From positions 3,224,001 to 3,288,000 of the forward strand of contig NC_089433.1 in NCBI RefSeq assembly GCF_026210795.1: a DNA stretch of 64,000 nucleotides, written 5' to 3'. A program made the position numbers and the translations under genes. The DNA is from Rhizophagus irregularis (taxonomy: Eukaryota). The notes beneath the pieces are model-generated. The model saw only the letters and a program-made list of their open reading frames with translations. It ran no database searches and had not been told where the DNA came from. Positions 1 through 13,261 of the stretch are shown here, piece by piece (within the stretch, counting starts at the first letter, position 1; the number at the start of each line of letters is the position of its first letter).

Positions 1-2362
1 TTTGGTTTAAAATGGTTGAACAAAATCTTAAATCCCTAACGAGTTCTGTATATGAAAAAATACCGTCAAAGAATGAAGAAACAATTTTCAAAAACAGGAA
101 ACTGGGTTACTCCGAATTAAAATTCCTCCCTAAAGATAACAAAGGAAATCTGAGACCTATTGTTAACATGAAACGCCCGATGCGTACTTCCAATAATATA
201 AAGTGACCAAAATCAATCAATTTCATATTAAATACGACGTTTCAGATCCTTAAATACGAAAAAGTAAGTTTATTAAATAATTTGAATTGAATGTTATTGT
301 AAATATTTAAATATTAATTATTCTTTTTTTTTTATTTGGTAGGAAAAAAATCCTTCATTACTAACTGGGTCTATATTCAATTATAACGAAGTTCATGCTT
401 GTTTAAAAGAATATAAAAAACACTTATCTAATGATGATAATCCACGACTTTATTTTGCTAAAGTTGATATTAAATGTTGTTTCGAAACAATTGATCAAAA
501 TATTCTTATGGAAATAATCGAAAAAGAAGTTCTTACTGAAGTTTGTACAATAATAATTTCTTGTTTGCATAATATAATATCTTTTTTTAATTTACTAATG
601 ATGATTTTTTTAGTACCAATACTCAGTGAATAAATTTGAAGCTATTTATCTAAAAGGTGGAACTATTTATAGAAAACGTGATAACTTTGTTCATGATTCA
701 AGTAAAAGTTTTTCAACACATTATTTATTGTACTTTAATTTAATTATTTTATTTTTTAAATTTATTTTGTTTTTATCATATATATATATTTAGGTGAATT
801 TTTATCTTTTCCGAAATACAGCGCCAAATTAACTCAAAATTATAAAAATGCAATTCTTATTGATAATGTGTATGAATCTTATATGGAAGTAGAGGATGTT
901 CTTGAATTGTTGAAAGAACATATTCAACAAAATATTATAAAGGTAATAAATACAAGTGAATATTATTTAAATGATTTATTTAATTATTTTAACTGATTAA
1001 ATTTATTAATATAGGTTAATGAAGAATATTATAAACAAAAAGTCAGCATTCCACAAGGATTGGTACTATCATCCTTATTATGTAGTATATATTATGGAGT
1101 TATGGAGCGAGAAGAATTTAAATATATCATTAATGACACGAATGGGGTAAGTATTTTTAAATATTATACTTCAATGTACTTACTGATATATTTAATATTT
1201 AATTAATATTATAATATTATTTAAATATTATTAGTTACTATTGCATTTCCTTGATGATTTTTTGTATATAAGTACAAACAAAAATAATGTTATAAAATTT
1301 ATCACAACAATGCACCAAGATGATTTAAAGTATAAAATCGTTGTAAATGATAAAAAAAGTATGGTAAACTTTGATTTAACTGTTAATAATAATAAAATAA
1401 ATAAAGTTGATGGTTATGGTACGTATTTGCTATTTTATTTTATTTTATTGATTATTTGTTTTATTAATTGTATTGTAAAATATTAACTGAATTTTAATAA
1501 GAGTTCCTGTGGTGTGGAATATTAATTGATACTCGTAATTTGGATGTCAAAGTGGATTATTCAAGATACAGCGATTTATCCCGTTAGTATTCTATAATTA
1601 ATTCAAAAACTATTTATTAATTTACTTATTATTATTTATATTAAATTAGATATTGCTAACATTTTAACTATAAAATCGATAAAGACCCCTGGTACATGTT
1701 TAAAGAAAAAAATGATTGAGTAAGCACTATGATTAATATTATGCAAATTATTAATTTTGAATTAATATAAATAATTATTTATTCAGAATTTTGTTAGCAA
1801 AAAGCCATAAAATTTTTTATGATACTTCGCTAAATACAAGAGAAACTACCCTATTAAATATATACCAAAATTTTTTAATGGCTGGAATGAAATTCCACCA
1901 CTGTATAAAAGGAATGCCTAGACAAAAATCCCAAAGAAATAAAGATTTCGAATTTGGTAAATTTTGATTAAATTTTAATAAATTTAATTATTATTTTTTA
2001 CTATCGCAATTTTTTTGTTATTATTACAGAAGTATTACATAATGCTATTGATCATTTATATTTAGTATTATGTAAAACTGATGCATCAAGTAGATATTCC
2101 TTTAATATAAATAAAAAAGAATTTATGTGGTTAGTGTTGTTATAATTTAAATTTATTTTTATCATAAATATTAACTTCATATTTTTTATTATTTAACAAT
2201 AAGGCTCGGTGCTAATGCTTTTTATTACATTTTAAACAAAAAACAAAGCTATCATAAGTACTTTCACATTTTAAAAAATTTCTTGAAAACTCCCAGTTAG
2301 ATAATTTAAATCATATAGTAGATTGTAAGTTATCATTAATTTTTAATAAAATAACATTTTAA
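1..2362 (+). pseudogene. TERT: Telomerase reverse transcriptase (TERT/Est2), RT domain plus C-terminal extension; 5' part lies outside the window; probable pseudogene
   Basis: Predicted exons <1-263, 343-540, 614-701, 794-942, 1015-1146, 1235-1418, 1502-1581, 1650-1718, 1787-1956, 2030-2129, 2204-2362 give TERT motifs in order: 1 (SELKFLPK), 2 (LRPIVNM), A (LYFAKVDIKCCFETIDQ), B' (YKQKVSIPQGLVLSSLLC), C (LLHFLDDFLYIST), E (FLWCGILID), then FYDTSLNT..LLNIYQNF. In-frame TGA at 204-206; apparent frameshift near 2256. Confidence 0.9.
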
Positions 2363-2461
2363 GTTTTGGTATTGTTTAATATTATTTCTTTTTTATTTAT
2401 TTAAATGAAATAATCTTATGATATTAATTAATTAGTAATACAATAGTGAAATTATAAAAAA

Positions 2462-3309
2462 TTATAAATCCATATTATATACAATATTAGTATGATATCT
2501 TGATTGTAATTTAATAGAACTAGTACAATTATCCATTTTTTTAAGTTCACCTTTTACATCAATTGGAATAAAAAAAGATTTTATACCAATCAATAAACTT
2601 TTTTTAACAAAATCAAAAAGTTTATTTAAAGAAACTTTGTCATTTTCAAAGGATTCTTTATGAACACAAGAAATATGTGTTGCAAGAATTTGTCTACAAT
2701 AATCTTCAGTAATAATTTTATCTAATAGGTTTTCAAATTCTTCTAATCCGATACTTCTAAAAAAGATTGTTAAATAATAATTTACTAAAACAAAATAAAC
2801 TAATATAAAAACTTCAAAACCGCATACCTAAAATGAATTTCAAGGTCCTGAGCTTTCTTTACTATAATACTCTTGTAATTATATCTAAAATCTGAAAATT
2901 TTCCTCTGCAAATATTGATATAATCTTTAAGTTGATCAGGATTAATTGTAGGATCTATTGTTTTTAGTAATACTTCTAATAAATTATCCGAAGGGTTCCT
3001 GACTCTAAGAAAAAGTAATTTTAGCTCATCTATCAGAATCTTGCTAAATTCTCCCTTTATTAGAAAATTATTAAAAAGTCAATTACAAAAAGTTTAAAAA
3101 TATTAAAATTTGCAAATTTCTTTCTTTACCTTGTCCATCTTTATATAAAAAGTACGATCATACAATGTATAACAAAGATGTGTGATATGAATTTTTATTC
3201 ACGGGCTGAGACTTTGGTAGTACAAAAGTTTTTTTAGATTTTTTGGGACAGATGAAATTGGTAATTCGTCCAACCTATTTTCTTTTTTATTTTTAACAAG
3301 ACGCTTCAT
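2462..3309 (-). pseudogene. Three-exon hypothetical gene, probable transposon accessory protein, with an in-frame stop
   Basis: ATG 3309; exons 3309-3130, 3054-2828, 2756-2462 joined by GT-AG introns (MKRLVKN...SP*IKIH...MDK|GEFSKILIDELKLLFLRVRNPSDNLLE...NMDL*). In-frame TGA at 3199-3201. The LF..xNPSD segment weakly resembles the gene at 21971-24111. Confidence 0.6.
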
Positions 3310-3889
3310 TGTTCATTGTTGTATTGTATTTTGTTAGGATCTGGGCTTATTTTGAAATATTTTGGTTTCAAAAAGTATTACTTCAAAAAAATTATTTTTT
3401 CGTTTTCTTTAATGAAATAATATCCATTTGTTGAAATTGACCGATATAAATTCAAACAACATAAAATTATGTGCATAAAAATTTTGTTTAAAGTCTACCC
3501 GCTAAAAGTGTTTATTTACAATTCATAAATAAAAATTTAAATTATTCCAATTATCGTATGCTTTTCAAAGTCAAAATCTTCTATATCAGGACCATTGATA
3601 AAATTTCTGTGCAAAGCTTATTTCGAAGCTTTGTGAACGATATGTAAGAAATATGTGATATATCAAAATGATATACAATTATCATTGGTTGATCCATGAT
3701 TGTGTAATCTGTATAACCAGCGTGTAACCTATAAGATCTTTTTAGTTTGTTTTTTTCCTCACATTCTTTATAGGCGTATTCTCTCTTTATTAAGAACTTT
3801 TAGGCGAAAACTTGTAAGTTTAAAACTTATCTCGTTTCTTAATTCTACAAAGTTTAGATCGAGTTTAATTTTTTCTCTTTCTTAGATAG

Positions 3890-4895
3890 TTTTTCACTTT
3901 CTTGTAAGTCAATTAACGCGTTTATTATTCTTATTTTTTTATTTTTTAAACATGTTTTATTACTCTTATTTCCTAACTAAACCACGTTGATTTATTGCAG
4001 GCGGGTTCTAACTTCCCATTTTCTCCTCCCTTTCTTTGCTTTCTTATTTCATTCTTAGGTGTAATAACGTTATTGTTGTTATTTTTCACTTTCTTGTAGA
4101 CGGGTCCTAACTTTACATTTCCTCTTTGTAAGTCAATTAACGTGTTTTATTATTTTTTTAACATGAATTTTGTTACTCTTATTTCACTAAACCACATTCA
4201 ATTTTGCACTTTCTAACTTTCCATTCTTTTTTTTGCTTTTTTAGGCGACTTTCCTTCATGCCTTTCCCTTTCTCTTAATACCCATTCTTCTTACTTTCAC
4301 CTTCCTTACTTTATGTTTCAAAAGGAAATTAAAGACGTTAGAAACAAAACGGGTAGATTTGCAAGGTTTCCTTGCGAAATTTTTTTTTTTTTCAATTAGA
4401 ACGAATTTCTTTAAGCAAGTTCTTTTAGGCGATATCATAAGATTCCTTTCAAACGAAGAATCTGTAATAATGGTAAATTTTATTAATATATTTGGGTTTT
4501 TTTTTATGGAGAGCAATTTTCTTTAGGTTTTCATTCTTAGATGTAATAACGTTATTGTTGATATTTTTCACTTTCTAGTAGACGGGTCCTAACTTACATT
4601 TCCTCCTTGTAAGTCAATTAACGCGTTTTATTATTTTTTTAACATGAGTTGTTACTCTTATTTCATTAAACCACATTCAGTTTTGCACTTTCTTCTAACT
4701 TTCCATTCTTTCTTTGCTTTCTTAGGGGACTTTCCAATTTCTTTAAGCAAGTTCTTTTAGGCGATATCATAAGATTCCTTTCAAACGAAGAATCTGTAAT
4801 AATGGTAAATTTTATTTGTATATTTGGGCTTTTTTTATGGAGAGCAATTTTCTTTAGGTTTTCATTCTTAGGTGCAATAATGTTATTGTTGATAG
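3890..4895. repeat. Imperfect direct duplications (unit of about 480 bp plus a partial third copy)
   Basis: TTGTAAGTCAATTAACGYGT at about 3902, 4126 and 4607; TTAAGCAAGTTCTTTTAGGCGATATCATAAGATTCC at about 4411 and 4743. Confidence 0.8.
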
Positions 4896-4959
4896 AATTG
4901 ATATTTTTTACTTCTTAGTTTTTTTTAGATGAAATGGGATTTTGTTTAATTATTTTAAT

Positions 4960-5750
4960 TATGTATATTAATATAATTATGAACAAATAAAAATAACAAG
5001 TACATTATTTCAATAAATTAGTTTTGATTTTTATATCATATATATAGTATATAGTATTGTATACATATAAGTAAATATAAAATTATAATATAATTAGTAT
5101 ATTATTTAAATACATTTATAATATTTAAAATATATTCATACGAGTTTCAATTTATATGATATATATATTGTTTATATATAATTACTATATTATATATCAC
5201 ATTAAAAATATATATTAATTATGTATTAATTATATATATATTATATTATTTTAAATATAACAAATATATTGTATCAATATTGTTAATATAATATTTATAA
5301 TATTTAAAATATATTCTTAAGAGTCTCAATTTTATATTATTTATTTATTATTCATATATAATTATTATATAACAAATATATATATAATATATTAATAAAT
5401 ATATTTTAAATATATATATACTAAACATTAAATATATATATACTATATATTTAATATATGTTAAATATATTATATATATATTATAAATATATTATATATA
5501 TATATTGAATATACAAATACTATATCCTAAATATATATATATAATATATTAATTATATAGTATTTATATATTTAATATTAAGTATTTATATATTAAATAT
5601 ATTATTTCAAATATAACAAATATATTGTATTAATATTGTTAATATATATTTATATATTTAAAATATATTCTTATGAGTCTCAATTTCATATTATTTATTT
5701 ATTAAATATATATAATTATAATATTATAAAAATATTGTAAAAATATTTTA
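4960..5750. repeat. Extremely AT-rich low-complexity tract with internal duplications
   Basis: Almost only A/T; TTTAAAATATATTC..GAGTYTCAATTT recurs at about 5124, 5303 and 5657. Confidence 0.8.
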
Positions 5751-5756
5751 AAAAAT

Positions 5757-7521
5757 CAGAGATTTCAGCAAAGAAGGAAAACTCGACAGATCTTATATTA
5801 GATATTGCCAGTATATCTCGTTATCACCATATTACTGACTCCCAATTCAAAAAGATCTTCACAGCTTCAACTCTTAGGCAACAAAACAATATTGCAAAGG
5901 AATATGGTTTACAAACTAGATTGCCAATTCTTGATCAACTTCAACGTGAATGATACTTGCAGTCACCACAAGATATTTATCACATAATAGCCGGGCAAAC
6001 ATTAAAACTACTAAAAGTAACAATTTCCATGTTATCTCCAGAAGTTGAAAGAAATTTTATTAGTGTCTGGAAATCATTTGAATACCCTCGTCAATGGTCA
6101 AAGCTTCCAAATCCTATTAGTCATATCGAAACTTTTATGATGTCTGATCGACTTCGATTGGGAATGGTAAAGCCATTTATTTTAAATAGATCGCTGACCA
6201 TTAATTGTTTAAAGCCACAAGAAATAGAAAAACTACAAGAGCGAACAAACATGAATCGCAATCAAGTAATTTCTAATATTATTAAGTGCTGGGCAACTGT
6301 AGCTAAATATTCCCAGTTGGCATTTAAGATTTCGTTAACAAAGGATGACTATATAGAGCTTGAAAATTATTTGAATAAAGAACGAAAAGCATTGATTGAG
6401 GTAAAATTTATAGTTGTTACAAAAAAAAAAATATTATAAATTTCAATTTTATTAGGCCTTTGAAACCAAAAAAGAATAAATTCCTTACATTTGGGTAATT
6501 TGGATTCAGTTCTACTAACTATGACTATGTTATACTTATTTATACTTATTACAGTTATCCGATGAATTCGTGGATCTCCCTAACCTTCACGCTAATTACC
6601 ATTTATTGCGACATGCAAGAATATTCAGTACTCTTACAAATACGGCAGTCAGAATAAAAGAAATGGTCCATCATATCTTTAAAAACATAGTTCCACATAC
6701 AAATTTCAAGAATATTGAATTAGACTTATTAAAACGGTATACAACTAAACCTTACAATCTATTCGGTATTTTGTAGATGGTGGAATTGATCCTTAAAATT
6801 TACGATCTAGTGTTGAATTTATGAATTTATCTCAAAATTCTGATAGCTTATTCAAAGATTGGTTTATTATGGAAAATTCAGAAATGAATAACGAAAAACT
6901 AGAAGGTAATATTAATTTCTTTATATAGTTAAAGTATATACATTCTAACATTTTTTATTAGTATGTTTACAATCTAGTGAGTTTCGGAATATAGTATTAA
7001 GAAAGCCAGCATCAATTCGCAACACGAATATTGGAATTAATACAATTTCGTTTCATTCTGATTTGGCTCTTGCATATAAAAGTTTTGGATATCACGCATC
7101 ATTGATTAATAAGGCTTGTAATTTTTACGAATATGTATCTTACATCCAAGTTGTGCAAAATGTCGAAATCCAATGTCATTTGAATAAGGGCGATATAGTG
7201 ACGATTAAAGAGGTTGATTATGGGGAAAGTTATGCGGTTATCAAAGGTATTTTTAAACACCAGAACAATGATGGATATTATTATCCATTTATTTATGTCG
7301 ATTGGTTTGAAGATACCTATAAGAAACACAACAAATTGGATTGTCCAATCTTCGTCCTTCGTCACGATGATTATTATTGCAAGATATTTCCATTGACGGT
7401 CATAGATAAAGTTCAGAAGGCGTATTTTGTACATGATTGTAACGCAAGATGCAAGGAATCTGATCATTTTCTGGAAAATAATCATTATTTAAAAAACGAA
7501 TTTTTTTTCGCAGCTGTTTAA
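5757..7521 (+). pseudogene. Decayed CMC-superfamily (Plavaka/CACTA-like) transposase, 5'-truncated
   Basis: Fragments SPQDIYHIIAG, WKSFEYPRQWSKLPNP and PNLHANYHLLRHARIFSTLTNTAVRIKEMVH parallel the PKLH...E..H catalytic region of the Plavaka ORF at 26590. Ends in a beta-rich, BAH-like domain (YAVIKGIF...YVDWFE...YFVHDC). Stops at about 5951 and 6794, frameshift near 6750. Confidence 0.65.
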
Positions 7522-8701
7522 TTAATACAGGTAATAGTATAATAATAAATAATGAGATTATTTTTTGTTTATTTCGTACCATGATCAAATTAACACTTAA
7601 GTTCGTTCATTTTTTATATTTTAAATTTGTTATACTTTCGGAGAACATTAATTATTTAATATTACTTATAGAATATATATTTACAATGCGAAGAATACAT
7701 GAATTTACTTTACATTTAACGTATATTTACTACAACTTTATTACATAGCACCTTTGTATTATCTATATGTTTACTTTAAATTAGCAATACTGTATATTTA
7801 CTTTTACATTTCCTATATAGTTGCTTCATAACTACTGTATCACTTCTATACATTTGTCTATATTAAATATTTAATATCGCGTTGAAAATAACATAAAGTA
7901 GCCGTACGCCTACTATGTAAGTGGTGGCAATATGGATACTACAAAGCCCCGATTTCATGGGTTTCAGTAAAGAATTTAACTAATTTTAATAAGTCACGTG
8001 GGGTGCGCACATGCGCACAAATTTTAAACCCATAATAATAATAATAATAATAATAATATATAATATATAATATATAATATATATGAATGAATATGAATAT
8101 GAATTATGATATGGTTGGCATTCGCAAAGTGAAATCATGATAGACCTGGCGCAGATGCATTATGCATTGCACAATTTAAAATTATCAGTTATTTATACGG
8201 GCTAATCTAAACGTCTCGAATTTTTGAAGAGAGATACTGTATAAAGCCAAATGTAATTAGACTAATTCGATAGAAAAAGAAGAAACAGTCCATGTGTTTA
8301 TTGACAATACAAATAATTAGATATTGAAAACAGTTTGAAGAACTATTATTCTGGTTTATGCTAATCATATAGTTTCTATACCAAGTTTGTAAGTCTTTAT
8401 TAAAGACAATAAAGAAATAAAATAAAATAAAAATTCCGTGTATATTAAATTGCATTAAATTAACTGCGCCTCAAAATTCTCCATGAACAAATTATAAAAG
8501 TTAAAATCAGTTAAGCAAGCTTGTTACATATAGAATAAGCATAAACATGAATAAAGATATACTATAGATGCAGAATAAATGATGTATAGATGCGGAATAA
8601 ATGATATATAGATGCAGAATAAAAAATATACAGATGCGGAATAAAAATATATAGATAGTTACAGAATGAAAAAATTAAAATTAACATAAATAATATTTAA
8701 T

Positions 8702-10569
8702 TCATTTAGCCCTCTTCTCGAAAATGATTCCATTATTACTTGGGAGTGCTACAGGACCTAACCTGAATTTATCCTCAATTTTACCACTTTCTGTACGGAT
8801 ATTATAATTTAAAATAGCATTATGCATAAAAAATTTAATTTCATTTATAGCAAGAAATCTTCCAGGGCACCTAAATAATTTATGATATTTAATTAGATTG
8901 ATATTTTATATTTGTTTCAAAAATAATTAAGTTGAATATTATTCTTACATATGTTTACCACCTCCAAATGTCAGGAAATTTCTACCAACTTTTGATGCTG
9001 GAACGTTATGTCTATGTGGTTCAAATGATGTTGGATTTGGACCTTGTAGTGATTCATCATGATAAGTATCGTAAGAATAAATATCAACTACATGACCTTT
9101 TGGTACTTGCAATCCATTAGAAAATGTGTGATCTTTTAATACCCAATGTGGAAGTGCAGCTACATCTCCGGTAAATCTTAATGATTCTCTAATAAAACTA
9201 TCTAAATTTTTCATTTCTTTAAGTGATTCAAATGGAAGTATACCATTTTCATCAGTCTTTTTATGAATTTCCAATTGTTCTTCATACAATTCTTGCATAT
9301 ACTCAGGTCGAGATGCTAAATCCACAACAACATTTGCACAAGCTCTTGATGTTGAATGAATTGAAGCAAAAATAAATATGCTTAAATTACTTGCCAATGC
9401 AGTATAATTAATATTATTGGGGTCAAAACTTTTTTGTTCCATAAAATCTTGAAGTAAATCAGTAGGTCGCTTCCATGAATCACCATATTTTTGTTTCTCT
9501 CTTAAACGCTTATCAACTTGATGTTTAACATGTTTAATAAGCGTATTTACATGTCTAGTTACCGGATTATACAACCCTAATCTTATTGGAATACGTTTAA
9601 CAAAATCTTGAAGACCCGGAAAAATTAAATCAAAAATTGGAGGAATTAAAAAAAATACTGCTATATCTTTTGTAAATTCCGCGAAAGTGCTTATAACATC
9701 ATCATATTCTGATTCCTCCTAAGAAATAAAAAATCAGAAAGAAAATTTTAAAATTTTAACATATTTTTTTAAACAAAATCTCACAATATTACTTACTTCA
9801 CCAATAAAAACATTTGCGATAGAAGCTGAAATAATTTTTGTTATCGCAGAATAAATATTATAAATTACTTTTTGATCATTACAATCACCAATGTGTTTTT
9901 GAGTGGCCAAATAAAGTGATTTTTGTATGCGTTCAGTATATAAATTCAATTTATTTGAAATAGATGATCCTCTAATCATTTTTCCATAAGATCTTAGATC
10001 GCCAAAATTATCAATACTCGTATACATGACATCACCAGGTATCATTTTTCTAAACAGTACCCCAAAATCAAACACGTCACTTCTTGAGAGTACTTCATGC
10101 GTATATTCTTTTCCTATAAGTATGGTATAATATTAATTCCGCATCACTGAAATGTTAAATCAAAAAATACGGATAACTACTTTACCAACAAACGTAATTG
10201 TTCGACCCCATATATATAAACTAAACATTTCACCATACTAATACAGTAATTTAAAAAAAAGTTTATATTAATGAAGTAAATAAATTTAATGCGCTATTTT
10301 ACCAACCTCTTTTCTGCATTGACCAAGGAATTTTTCACAATTAAACGTATATCTAAACGTATGTCCAATAATTGGAATTTTATAACGAACGAGTGGTGGC
10401 ATATTCTAATGAAAAGAAAATTTTTTTAAGAAAAGGAGCGTTTCCAGTAAAATTTTATTTATAGTAATATTAGTATTAGTTAATATATTACCAATTTTGG
10501 ATCACGCGGATGCTTTAAAATATAGAGCGTTGTCAATAAAATAAATCCTAAAACAATGGTTTGAAACAT
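8702..10569 (-). CDS. Cytochrome P450 (fungal CYP512/CYP503 ent-kaurene-oxidase-like type), six exons
   Basis: ATG 10569, N-terminal membrane anchor, PP..IPIIG, I-helix FASIHST, ExxR (IRESLR), heme motif FGGGKHM|CPGR split by an intron, stop TGA 8702-8704. Frame appears intact. Confidence 0.92.
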
Positions 10570-12299
10570 TTGAAAAAAAGATTGATTAAAAGCTTGTTTT
10601 AAAAAAAAACAAAGGGTAAAAAAGCCAAAATTTAAATTTATAATTTTTGGATACTTTCCATGATATATATTGTATAAAGATCGATGCAATATGATTTCAA
10701 TTTTGCAGTCTATCATTCGGCACAATTAGGCCTTGCCAATTTAAAAGTTCGTTTAACATGATCCCCCAAATTTTATGAATTATTAAATTGATGGAAATAT
10801 TATATTCCGGATACGGAATATTTCATGGTGCAGCCGTGAAAATCATGATATTGCATGTGAATAATCATAGTAATTTATTTGAATTATTTAAACGGGACCG
10901 AACATGGGTTTAAAAGTAAAGATCATATATTTAATATTGTACTGAGAAAAAAATTAATATTTTAATACATTCACATATGTATTTAGTTAAATAAGAAAAA
11001 AAAAGAATTTTCGTTAAGTGTTATGGCAAGTAGTGCTTCGATTCGTTTACGGATTGATCCCGGATTGTCAGATTTCGGATAACTTAAAATATATCCGAAA
11101 CCAGTGATCGGAATTTAACAATTAAAGGCTTGTTCCGATAGTAGCATTGCGCATATAATGGTAGGACCGAAATGATTTTCATTAAATAATAATTTTGAAG
11201 CACTAATGAAACATGAAACATTCCTAATTTGCCGATCATTGCCGATCATTAAATTTATACGCGGTAAATAATAAATTTTAATAAATAGATATATGAAATT
11301 TATTAAAACAAATTAAAATAAAAGTAAAAATATTAAATCCAAAAAGATTTTTACAGAAAATGTGTTAAAATATAAATAACGTGTAAAAAAATACAAAATG
11401 AATTAAAATAAACCCACTATGACGTATCACTAAATCTTGACGCGTCCATCTCTAAATTATCACCTCCTTGATTTTGTTGTTTTATTTCTATTGTCAGGCA
11501 CCGTCTACTAAATTGAACCATATAAAACTGTAAATAAACATTTTATGTTAAAATTTTGTATGTTAATAAATACAGTAGATAAATTTAATACGTACAATCA
11601 CATTTTCTTAATTTTTTGAAATTTTTACATGCATATCTTTTTGATGCGTTATGAAGAAATTCAAAATTACATTAATTTCCTTATCACCAACCACGAAAAG
11701 AGCTGGGAAGGGCGGAAGATTTTTAAAGAAATATGAGCTTAAGTAATTAGTTAAATCTGTTACGGGTGTCTTTTATCAAGTGTTTTACATATTTAAACAG
11801 ATGATTATTTACTATTTATTTATGTATAAGTTTTCAAAATTTATATAATTTTGAAAACAAAATGAAAATGTAATAATATTTTTTAATAAATTGAAATAAC
11901 TCCTTGAATATTATTACTTTTTAGTTAATTGTTTTGATAACTCAAGCGATAAAAATGATGATACTATACATTTTGTCCCAATGGAAAAATAAATCATTTC
12001 GGAATCTCCGTATTGAGAGGATCATTCTGATACGATGATTATCTCCTTGATATTTAAAACACATCAAATAATTCGATAGATTTTTTTGTGCCGAAATGAT
12101 GATCATATCCTGGAATGCATTAGATCATTAACAATCAAAATTTGTACGTTTTTATGGGTTAGTTAGTGCATTTTTATGGTTTAGATTTTGCATTTTAATC
12201 TAACCATAATCCAAATTGGGAAAAAAAGGTCTCAGATAATTTTATATATATGTTAAAAAGTATAGCAAAACTAGGAACCCATTAATAAAAATAAAAGTA

Positions 12300-12800
12300 T
12301 AGCAAAACTAACGTTTTTTAGATTTTTTTTTGATTGAAAAGGAAATAATTTCCCATTTTTGATTTACCCTTTTCTCTTTTCGTAAAAATCTTTTATTTTT
12401 TTGTTAAAAAAAAAATCAACAAAAATTTATAAAAATAAAAAAGGAAATGGTTTTCCTTTTTTGATTGATCTTTTTTCTCTTTTTATAAAAAAAACACTTT
12501 TTTTCGTTGAAAAAAATTCAAAAAAATAATTTATAAAAATAAAAAAGGAAATGGCCTTCCTTTTTTGATTTATCTTTTTCTCTTTTTTTTCATAAAAAAC
12601 GCTTTTTTCGTTGAAAAAAAACCAATAAAAAATAATTTATAAAAATAAAAAAGGAAATGGCCTTCCTTTTTTGATTGATCTTTTTCTCTTTTCATAAAAA
12701 AAACATTTTTTTCGTTGAAAAAATAAAAAAAATAAAATATTTATAAAAATAAAAAAGGAAATGGACTTCCTTTTTTGATTTATTTTTTCTCTTTTCTAAA
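12300..12800. repeat. Tandem repeat, unit about 105-115 bp, 4-5 copies
   Basis: TTATAAAAATAAAAAAGGAAATGGNYTTCCTTTTTTGATT at about 12427, 12531, 12637 and 12741; each unit has an AAAAAGGAA...TTCCTTTTT inverted repeat. Confidence 0.85.
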
Positions 12801-13261
12801 AATTTTGAAATAAAAATTCAAAAAAGTATTTATGATTTATTTAATCGTCCTTATTGTTTTATAATGCAATGAAATAAATCAAATAGCAGCTCCCCTGCTA
12901 ATAAATCAATTTCTTGATTTAATATACTAATAAAATTCCTGTCGATCGGTAACGTTTAGTTTACCCCGTATAAATAATTTTTGAATGGATAATTAGATCG
13001 GACAATTTGATCGGCAGATTTTAAAAATTAGATTTTCAATTAAATTTTCTTTTAAAAAATTAAAAAATTTATATGATGCATTTCTTTTTCCGGTTTTTAT
13101 TTTTTGAAACGTGTGTAATACCGTATTAAGTGATGTACCACGCATGAGTTGCATATGCTATATCATTATATCATTACAAATTTATACTGATATCCCCCGA
13201 TTTTTTAATATAAATAGCTCTGGTTCTCATATGAATCACGAATTAACTATAAGAACAAAAA

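Noticed and set aside
204..206. TGA read-through, selenocysteine or alternative genetic code
   Set aside because: TGA is the normal stop of the intact P450 at 8702, and the in-frame TGAs co-occur with frameshifts and other transitions, so mutational decay is simpler.
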